A stretch of 13,556 bases of DNA from positions 1-13,556 of the forward strand of contig CAYNKB010000015.1 of NCBI GenBank assembly GCA_964397725.1, written 5' to 3'. Made by a program: the position numbers and the translations under genes. Position 1 is the stretch's first letter. Each line of letters opens with the position of its first letter. Below, one piece after another: positions 6,646-12,572 of this stretch. This DNA is from Candidatus Woesearchaeota archaeon (GTDB taxonomy: Archaea; Nanobdellota; Nanobdellia; Pacearchaeales; GW2011-AR1). The notes under the pieces are model-generated. The model did no database searches, was not told the DNA's origin, and saw only the letters and a list, made by a program, of their open reading frames with translations.

Positions 6646-7842
6646 TTATCTAGGGACTATCGAAGCGGTGCTGTAAGATTTTATAAGAGATTTTGCGAGG
6701 GATTTTACCTGCTGAAGAGTGATTGATTTTATTTTTTCTTCTTGAGCGTAGTAGTCTTCTGCTTTTCCTGAAAGCTCGGAGAATAAAAGCTCTGACATTA
6801 CGGAGACGGATTCTTCAGATGATACTTTTTGCAGGCCAATTACTCTTTGTTTTGATTCCTCCAAATCTTTTTCAGTCATGTTTTCTATTTTTTTGAATTC
6901 TTCGAGTATTATTTTTTTTATTTCTGGAATAGAAGGTTTTGTTGTTCCAGTGTATATAGTATAGTTTGAGTAGCTTTTTTCTGCGGAAATTGAACTGCTA
7001 ACAGTGTACGCTAATCCGCGTTTTTCACGTATCTCCAGAAAAAGGCGGGAAGACATTCCGTTTGCGAGATAAGCATCAAGTACTTCCAATGCGGGAAATT
7101 CAGGAGAAGATTTTAAAGGAGTGTGGACAGCAAATATGAAATGCGCCTGATCTATTCCAGGGCGCTCTTCTGTCGTTTCTTTGCTTATCTTTTTTATTTT
7201 TATTTCTGGGAGACTTTTATTTTCTTTTTTGAATTGATTTTCTAGGTATTCGCAGACTTTTTTGAAATCTGCAGAGCCCACTATTGTGACTATATAATTT
7301 TCAGGAGAGTAATTTTTTTTAAAGAACTCAAAGACAGAGTCTCTTTTTAAGGAAGATACGGTTTCTTTTGAGCCTAATACCTGCTCTCCAAATGGCTTGT
7401 CATAGAGGTTTTTTTCTATCTGCTCAAAAACGTTTCTACGGGGGTCGTCGTGGTACATTTTTATTTCCTCCAATATCACGCGTTTTTCTTTTTCAAATTT
7501 TTCAGCATTAAACACAGGATTTTTCAGCATATCTGCTAAGATATTCAAGCCAGAGAAAAGATGTTCGGATGGGAGTTTAAACCAGTAAGAGGTGACTTCG
7601 TGGGAAGTGAAGGCATTAAGAAGGCCTCCTTTCTTTTCAATTTCGCGGGAAATATCCTCGTGGGAGCGTGTTTTTGTTCCGGTAAAGAGAAGATGTTCTA
7701 TTAAATGGGCTATGCCTTTAATTTCCGAAGGTTCAAAGGCTGCTCCGAATTTATTTGATATTGATAAGGAAACTATTGGCAAGTCTCTTTGCTCCATTAT
7801 TACAGCTATTCCGTTTGAGAGGGTTTTTCTTAAGAACTTCAT
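6646..7842 (-). CDS. M16 family (pitrilysin/insulinase-like) zinc metallopeptidase
   Basis: The inverted zinc motif HxxEH is present in GIAHLIEHLLFTGT, followed by REIEKKGGLLNAFTSHEVTSY, which carries the distal Glu ligand region. At 398 aa the two-domain size is typical of archaeal/bacterial M16B. Confidence 0.9.
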   Translation of the reverse strand: MKFLRKTLSNGIAVIMEQRDLPIVSLSISNKFGAAFEPSEIKGIAHLIEHLLFTGTKTRSHEDISREIEKKGGLLNAFTSHEVTSYWFKLPSEHLFSGLNILADMLKNPVFNAEKFEKEKRVILEEIKMYHDDPRRNVFEQIEKNLYDKPFGEQVLGSKETVSSLKRDSVFEFFKKNYSPENYIVTIVGSADFKKVCEYLENQFKKENKSLPEIKIKKISKETTEERPGIDQAHFIFAVHTPLKSSPEFPALEVLDAYLANGMSSRLFLEIREKRGLAYTVSSSISAEKSYSNYTIYTGTTKPSIPEIKKIILEEFKKIENMTEKDLEESKQRVIGLQKVSSEESVSVMSELLFSELSGKAEDYYAQEEKIKSITLQQVKSLAKSLIKSYSTASIVPR

Positions 7843-7862
7843 AAATGGGAAAAAAGAGAATG

Positions 7863-7870
7863 ATTAATAA
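7863..7870. promoter_or_regulatory. shared near-symmetric TATA element (ATTAATAA / TTATTAAT) between the divergent M16 peptidase and GTPase genes
   Basis: It lies 20 nt from ATG 7842 (minus strand) and 22 nt from ATG 7893 (plus strand). The core ATTAAT is palindromic. Confidence 0.4.
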
Positions 7871-7892
7871 AGTTTGCTGTTGTTTTTGGAAA

Positions 7893-8795
7893 ATGCCAAT
7901 CAATGCAGGATATGAATATTTTGACAAGGAAGAAGAGTATTTAGCTGCGCAAACAATAGAAGACAAGATATACTGGCTTGAGGAGATGATTAGAGCAGCT
8001 CCAAAACATAAGTCGTCTGAGAATTTTGTTGCAGAATTGAAAACGAGATTGAAGAAATTCAGGGAGAAGGCAGAGAAGGGAAAGAAGAAAGGCAAGGGAA
8101 AGAAAGGAATAAGGAAAGAAGGGTTTCAGTTTGTTTTAGTTGGGAAGACAAATTCTGGAAAAAGCTCGTTGTTGAAGGCGCTGACAAATGCACAGCCGTT
8201 TATTGCAGATTATAAATTTACTACGAGGAATTCTGAAATAGGAACTTTTGATTATCAGGGAGTAAAGGCACAGGTTGTAGATGTTCCGTCCATAGGGGGT
8301 GATGGATTTGACATCGGCATTGTGAATACTGCCGACTGTGTGATAATTGTGGTGGAGGAGTTTGATGATATTTCGGATGTGGAGAAATTACTTGAGAGAG
8401 CGAGAGGAAAGAAAATTGTTGTTTTGAACAAAGCTGATAGGTTTAGTGAGTCGGATTTAAGGAAGGCCAAGGAGAGGATGAAAAGCAAGAGGATTTTTGG
8501 GTTGGTTGTTTCTGCTAGAACTGGTTTTGGAATTGAAGGCTTGAAGGAAAAGATGATTGAAGAAATGGGTGTTGTGAGAGTTTATACTAAAGAACCCGGA
8601 AAAGCGAGAACAAACGAGCCTATTGTCTTGAAGAAGGGAAGCATAGTAAAGGATGTTGCAGAAAGCATCTTGAAAGGATTTTCAAGGAAAGTCAAAGAGA
8701 CAAGATTAACTGGACCGAGTGGAAAGTTTTCAAACCAGAAAGTTGGGCTGACGCATAGGGTTAAGGATTTGGATGTTGTGGAGTTTAGGACCTAA
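7893..8795 (+). CDS. DRG/Rbg-family GTP-binding protein with C-terminal TGS domain (shortened form)
   Basis: G1 is GKTNSGKS, G2 is the FTTR region, G3 is DVPS (degenerate DxxG) and G4 is NKAD. The N-terminal segment IEDKIYWLEEMIRAAPKHKSSE...LKTRLKKFREK resembles the DRG HTH region. The C-terminal VRVYTKEPGK...EPIVLKKGSIVKDVAESI...VGLTHRVKDLDVVEF is a TGS domain. The ORF is open from ATG 7845, but ATG 7893 sits 22 nt downstream of the ATTAATAA box. Confidence 0.85.
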   Translation: MPINAGYEYFDKEEEYLAAQTIEDKIYWLEEMIRAAPKHKSSENFVAELKTRLKKFREKAEKGKKKGKGKKGIRKEGFQFVLVGKTNSGKSSLLKALTNAQPFIADYKFTTRNSEIGTFDYQGVKAQVVDVPSIGGDGFDIGIVNTADCVIIVVEEFDDISDVEKLLERARGKKIVVLNKADRFSESDLRKAKERMKSKRIFGLVVSARTGFGIEGLKEKMIEEMGVVRVYTKEPGKARTNEPIVLKKGSIVKDVAESILKGFSRKVKETRLTGPSGKFSNQKVGLTHRVKDLDVVEFRT

Positions 8796-9265
8796 TCGTT
8801 GTCGTCCTGTAGAAAGCGAAGAGTTTCCATAGCATCTAATCCTTTATTCATAAGTGTTCTGTAAAATTCTAAGAGTTCTTGATATTGCAGTCTTTCTTGC
8901 AATGGAATTATTTCTCTTTCAGTTATTTTTTTAGTTATAGAGCTTATTTCTTGGATTTTTCTTAGAAGATTCAAGTCTTCTTTTATATCTGGATCAATAT
9001 TATCTTCTCCCAAAACTTTTCTTATAAGCTGATATTCACTTTCACATTCAAAATTGGGAAATTTTCTATAATGTCTCTCAATTATATAATTTTGGGCGTT
9101 ATCAAATAGGTTTTGTATTCCTCTAAAAGATCCTAGAGGTATTCGTGTTGGTTTTCCATTCAGAAGCGAATCTATTGTTTCACCGACAGATGCGGCGACT
9201 CCAGTATATCTGACAGCAACTTCCATAGCACGATGTTCTAAACGATCTCTATATAATCCAACCAT
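8792..9265 (-). CDS. hypothetical soluble, probably all-helical protein (157 aa)
   Basis: ATG-to-TAG ORF that fills the gap between the GTPase gene and tyrS. An A/T octamer lies 19 nt upstream of the ATG. Its stop overlaps the stop of the convergent GTPase gene (cTAa). I recognise no family. Confidence 0.55.
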   Translation of the reverse strand: MVGLYRDRLEHRAMEVAVRYTGVAASVGETIDSLLNGKPTRIPLGSFRGIQNLFDNAQNYIIERHYRKFPNFECESEYQLIRKVLGEDNIDPDIKEDLNLLRKIQEISSITKKITEREIIPLQERLQYQELLEFYRTLMNKGLDAMETLRFLQDDND

Positions 9266-9303
9266 AATAGTATTTGTTTTTATAGTTTATAATAATTGTC
9301 GTA

Positions 9304-10266
9304 TTAGTTTTTGAAGCTCTTTCTTATAGGAGATATTATTTCTTCCAAGTATTCTGCTATTGTTTTTTTAAGGTCGGCAGGATGAAGCTTTCCAGAAGTA
9401 TATAGATTTTCTAGTTCTTCGTAGCTTTTTATTGTTATGTTTCCACCAAATTTTTCCAGGCGGGAAATTTTAATTGATTTTATTTTTGGAAAAACTATTA
9501 ATTTAGCTATTTGAAGAATTGGGTTGTCTTTAGCTTCTTTTTCCGGGCAGTATGCTCCGTTTATTGATTTTTTTATTTCTTCGAAAGAGTCTGTAACAGA
9601 TATTCCTGAACCTGGAAGAGATTTTGACATTTTTTCTCCGGGGCCTTTAAGGGAGGTTATAAGTGGGGTGTGGAGAGCTATGAACTTGTAATTTAGAATA
9701 TTTGCTGTGTCTTTTGCTATCATGTGAACTTTTCTTTGTTCCAGCCCGCCAAGAGCAACGTCTACTTTTAGAAATTTGATGTCTGCTGCCTGCATTAAAG
9801 GATACCAAAGTTGAGAAATTGTTGCATTTTCTACATCACGTGCTATTTCTTGCATACTTCTCAGTCCGCGATTTATTGTTGAGGCTTGGGCAAGTTTCAT
9901 CACGTCAAATTGGTATTCTTTTTTGAATTGAAAGCTGGAACCAAGGACTATTTCAAAACCCTTATCTATTGCTTTTATAGTTTTTTTCCAAGATTCAACT
10001 TCTTTATTGATTAGTTTTTCATCTCCCTTTCTATTCAATAATGCATGTATATCCGCTAATAGAATTTTAATCTTGAATCCGGCTTTTTGCAAATCTTGCA
10101 ATTTGGTTATTGTTACAAAATGACCAAGATGCATAGGTCCAGAGGGTTCATAACCACAATAAACGACTGGCTTTTTGCCTGATTTTAGGAGTTTTGTGAG
10201 CTCTTCTTCGGTGATTATTTCTTCTGTATTTCTTTTAATCAATTCAAGCTTTTCTTTTTCGTTCAT
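9304..10266 (-). CDS. tyrS: tyrosine--tRNA ligase, archaeal type
   Basis: The product aligns end to end by eye with Methanocaldococcus jannaschii TyrRS: IKRNTEEIITEEEL, the class I HIGH motif as YEPSGPMHLGH, ILLADIHA, GGLEQRKVHM, the KMSKS motif (GEKMSKS), and C-terminal EKFGGN..SYEELE...LHPADLK. At 320 aa the size is typical. Confidence 0.95.
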   Translation of the reverse strand: MNEKEKLELIKRNTEEIITEEELTKLLKSGKKPVVYCGYEPSGPMHLGHFVTITKLQDLQKAGFKIKILLADIHALLNRKGDEKLINKEVESWKKTIKAIDKGFEIVLGSSFQFKKEYQFDVMKLAQASTINRGLRSMQEIARDVENATISQLWYPLMQAADIKFLKVDVALGGLEQRKVHMIAKDTANILNYKFIALHTPLITSLKGPGEKMSKSLPGSGISVTDSFEEIKKSINGAYCPEKEAKDNPILQIAKLIVFPKIKSIKISRLEKFGGNITIKSYEELENLYTSGKLHPADLKKTIAEYLEEIISPIRKSFKN

Positions 10267-10287
10267 GTCCCAACCAATAGAAATGCT

Positions 10288-10295
10288 AATATAAA
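10288..10295. promoter_or_regulatory. shared TATA element (AATATAAA / TTTATATT) between divergent tyrS and the 10315 gene
   Basis: It lies 21 nt from the tyrS ATG at 10266 (minus strand) and 19 nt from ATG 10315 (plus strand). It is the only A/T box in this short intergenic region. Confidence 0.4.
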
Positions 10296-10314
10296 GATTA
10301 TGTTTTTATATTTT

Positions 10315-10632
10315 ATGAGAAGATACGCTTTCGCAATTGCTCTATTGGGGATGATTATTTTGGCTTATTTTATTTTAAATGGGAGAGTTGTGGAGGTGAA
10401 AGATGCAGGGAATTTGGAGGGCTTGACAGCTAATCAGAAAGTTCATGTTTTAGGAGAGGTTATAGGGGAAAGAAAATATGGAAAGGGGAGTTTAATGGAG
10501 CTGGACAATGAGCTGGTTTTGGTTTGTGATTGCTATGGATTTGAGGGGAACAGAGTGGACGTGCTTGGGTTAGTTGAAGATTATACAGGAGAAAAGAGAA
10601 TAAAAGTTCTCAAAATTGTTGTTCTGGAGTAG
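10315..10632 (+). CDS. small membrane-anchored protein with possible OB-fold-like domain
   Basis: The ORF is open from ATG 10300. ATG 10315 (MRRYAFAIALLGMIILAYFIL) is better placed, about 19-20 nt downstream of AATATAAA. One N-terminal TM helix is followed by a beta-rich domain of about 80 aa (VHVLGEVIGE..., VDVLGLVEDYTGEKRIKVLKI) reminiscent of OB folds. The family call is tentative. Confidence 0.5.
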   Translation: MRRYAFAIALLGMIILAYFILNGRVVEVKDAGNLEGLTANQKVHVLGEVIGERKYGKGSLMELDNELVLVCDCYGFEGNRVDVLGLVEDYTGEKRIKVLKIVVLE

Positions 10633-10671
10633 ATATATGTTTAAAAGGGTTTGAAACTCTGATTTATTTTG

Positions 10672-10977
10672 ATGGGAAATGGATTAAATGGCTTTTTAGA
10701 GTATGTTTTAAGTGACGTTTTATGGAGAAAAAATAATTTATCTCCTGAAGATGCACGAGATGAGTTAAAGGCGGTATATGTTAAAGGAAGGAATTTTGAT
10801 TTGGTTGATTCTCTTTTGAGATATTTTAGAAGCCACCCAGATTTAAAGGGAGTATCTATTTTTTCTGCGTCTTCAGATTTTTCTGCTCCAAAAGACTTTT
10901 TGAGACATTCCTATAGCATTGATGCTGATTGCCTGCGTAAGCAATTTCAAGCGGACTCTAATCCACAAGCCTCCTGA
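10672..10977 (+). CDS. hypothetical protein (about 101 aa)
   Basis: ATG 10672 (the track begins at TTG 10669) to a TGA stop. TTTAAAAG lies 24 nt upstream. The last 20 nt overlap the 3' end of the convergent XPF gene. I recognise no motif. Confidence 0.4.
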   Translation: MGNGLNGFLEYVLSDVLWRKNNLSPEDARDELKAVYVKGRNFDLVDSLLRYFRSHPDLKGVSIFSASSDFSAPKDFLRHSYSIDADCLRKQFQADSNPQAS

Positions 10978-11611
10978 AGTCCTCGGCTCTTTTTCCCAGA
11001 ATTTTAGATAATTCTTCTTCAGAGGCGTTGATTATATTTTTAAGGGATTTGAATTTTTGCAGAAGGGACTTGGCTTTTATGGGGCCTATGTTTGGAAAAC
11101 CTTCAAGGATAAACTGGATTTGTTCCTCTTTATTTAGGAATATTTTAGAGGGGTGAAGGGAGAATTCTCTTGGTTTTTTATTTGCAAGGACAGAGATATA
11201 CGAAGATGTTTCTTTTTCATTATTCGTGAAGATAATTGGAATTTGATATTCTATTATTGCTGAAAGGAGAAAGCCGCGGACTGCATTTTGATGCAAAACG
11301 GAGTTATTGTATAATTCTTCCTGCGGACCTTCTATAATCAGGAAGTGCTTTGGATATTGCTTTATTTCAAGAAGCTGGGAGAAAATACGCTTGTTTATTA
11401 TTGAAGATTTTAAGTCTGAAATTGTTTTTCTTTCAATTGCTGTGCTATTAATGAGGTAATCTGCGATGGGGAGCTGTTTGAATTCTATCTGGAAATCAAG
11501 CGAGAGAAGAATAGAAGGAATAAGGGAATTTTTCTCGCGATTGTCTACAATTATTTTTATTTTTGGATTTTCTTTTTGTTTTTTTGAGGAAAAGATATTT
11601 AGGAATGTCAT
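10958..11611 (-). CDS. ERCC4/XPF-type structure-specific endonuclease with C-terminal (HhH)2 domain; corresponds to the nuclease half of Hef
   Basis: The ERCC4 signature is present: IIVDNREKNS ... PIADYLIN.TAIERKTISDLKSSI..KRIFSQL (GDx(n)ERKxxxDL type). The C-terminal ILEGFPNIGPIKAKSLLQKFKSLKNIINASEEELSKILG is helix-hairpin-helix. The ATG lies 1 nt after the vapC stop. Confidence 0.85.
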   Translation of the reverse strand: MTFLNIFSSKKQKENPKIKIIVDNREKNSLIPSILLSLDFQIEFKQLPIADYLINSTAIERKTISDLKSSIINKRIFSQLLEIKQYPKHFLIIEGPQEELYNNSVLHQNAVRGFLLSAIIEYQIPIIFTNNEKETSSYISVLANKKPREFSLHPSKIFLNKEEQIQFILEGFPNIGPIKAKSLLQKFKSLKNIINASEEELSKILGKRAEDFRRLVD

Positions 11612-11612
11612 T

Positions 11613-11996
11613 TTAGACTAATTTTAAACCGAATCTTTTTAATCTTTCAAAGTGCTTTCTGTTATTTGTTAATAATTCAACGTTATTTATTATACAAGCA
11701 GAAGCAATCATTACATCTCTGAATTCAATTAATTTTCCATCATCTCTTAATTTTTCCATTATTTCTGCTGATAGAAGACCTGTTTCTTTATCTATATCAA
11801 TTATTTTAATATTATCTAAAAATCCTTTTGTTCCTTCCTGTTTATTCTTTCCATACCACACTTCAAAGATATTAATAGGTGTTGCATAAAATGAGGCATT
11901 TAAAGAATTAATTTTCTCTTTTGTTTTATCATTACTTTTTAAAAATTCTATTATTATATCAGAATCTAAGCATATTTTTCTGTCCACTTTTTCCAT
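11613..11996 (-). CDS. vapC: PIN-domain ribonuclease toxin (VapC-like)
   Basis: The 127-aa product has an N-terminal ICLDSDIIIEFL (first acidic residue), NIFEVWYG (Glu), EFRDVMIASA (Asp) and a C-terminal LLTNNRKHFERL, which is the usual PIN layout. It lies immediately downstream of, and overlaps, a small antitoxin-like ORF. Confidence 0.8.
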   Translation of the reverse strand: MEKVDRKICLDSDIIIEFLKSNDKTKEKINSLNASFYATPINIFEVWYGKNKQEGTKGFLDNIKIIDIDKETGLLSAEIMEKLRDDGKLIEFRDVMIASACIINNVELLTNNRKHFERLKRFGLKLV

Positions 11997-12184
11997 CCTT
12001 TTTTTAGCTCTTTTAGTTTTTCTTCATCAAATGAACCTTTTCCAAAAAATTCCATAAGCTTTTCTTTGTTAGACTCAGATTTTTTTTCTATTAGATTTTC
12101 AATTATAACTGTAAAGCTTTCTTTACCCTTCATCGCTTTTAACTTGCTGTATGTTTCATTTGATATATTAATTAGCTTTGACAT
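11966..12184 (-). CDS. vapB: VapB-type antitoxin (VAPB_antitox/DUF217-like)
   Basis: MSKLINISNETYSKLKAMKGKESFTVIIENLIEKK matches the archaeal putative-antitoxin pattern (I.IsdE.Y..L...K...ESFSdvI..Li). It overlaps vapC by 31 nt. I prefer the ATG at 12184 over the one at 12202 because the TTTAAATA box lies 22 nt upstream of 12184 and only 4 nt from 12202. Confidence 0.7.
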   Translation of the reverse strand: MSKLINISNETYSKLKAMKGKESFTVIIENLIEKKSESNKEKLMEFFGKGSFDEEKLKELKKGWKKWTEKYA

Positions 12185-12206
12185 ATACGTATATGTATAC
12201 ATATAC
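12181..12206 (-). promoter_or_regulatory. candidate vapBC operator: three copies of ACATATAC in alternating orientation forming two overlapping perfect palindromes
   Basis: ACATATACGTATATGT (12181-12196, a 16-bp perfect palindrome) overlaps GTATATGTATACATATAC (12189-12206, an 18-bp perfect palindrome). The element fills the space between the TTTAAATA box and the vapB ATG. Confidence 0.5.
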
Positions 12207-12214
12207 TATTTAAA
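12207..12214 (-). promoter_or_regulatory. TATA box (TTTAAATA on minus strand) for the vapB-vapC-XPF operon, preceded by an A-rich BRE-like tract
   Basis: The minus strand reads AAAAAATTTAAATA, then 22 nt, then ATG (MSK...). This is the geometry expected for an archaeal leaderless mRNA. Confidence 0.45.
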
Positions 12215-12235
12215 TTTTTTGGTAGTTTGTCAGGA

Positions 12236-12243
12236 TTTATATA
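12236..12243 (+). promoter_or_regulatory. TATA box (TTTATATA) for the 12265 membrane gene
   Basis: It lies 21 nt upstream of ATG 12265, with no SD-like sequence at the proper distance. Confidence 0.4.
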
Positions 12244-12264
12244 TGGAGAGAAATTAATTTATTT

Positions 12265-12561
12265 ATGGGCTGGAAAGATTGGAGTTATTGGTTGAAGGGA
12301 GGAATTATTGGACTTATTTTAGGAGTTCTTTATTTTCTTGCTAATTTGGTTTTTAGTTTAGGTTGCATGGGCTGGTATAATGGCATTGAAACTTCTTCAA
12401 TTTGTCCGTTAGTAGATTCTATTTTTAAGTTTGGTCTACTGAGGATAATATTTTTTCCTTTCGCATTATTTACTGATGAGTATTTAATATTACTTTTAAA
12501 TTCGGCAATATTATTTGCAGTTATAGGCTGGATTTACGGAAAGATAAAGAATAGAGTTTAA
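12265..12561 (+). CDS. small hypothetical membrane protein (98 aa, 2-3 TM)
   Basis: ATG-to-TAA ORF. The product is hydrophobic (GGIIGLILGVLYFLANLVFSLG, LLRIIFFPFALF, LLLNSAILFAVIGWIYG). TTTATATA lies 21 nt upstream of the ATG. It is the only plus-strand gene between the Hef helicase and the vapBC-XPF genes. Confidence 0.55.
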   Translation: MGWKDWSYWLKGGIIGLILGVLYFLANLVFSLGCMGWYNGIETSSICPLVDSIFKFGLLRIIFFPFALFTDEYLILLLNSAILFAVIGWIYGKIKNRV

Positions 12562-12572
12562 TTTTGTAAAAA

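Noticed and set aside
8792-9265. An Rx4H string (RDRLEH) near the N-terminus of the 157-aa hypothetical protein, which might suggest a HEPN RNase
   Set aside because: The motif sits at residues 6-11, not in the usual C-terminal helix context of HEPN domains. The match is a short pattern expected by chance, and no partner (MNT/antitoxin) gene is adjacent.
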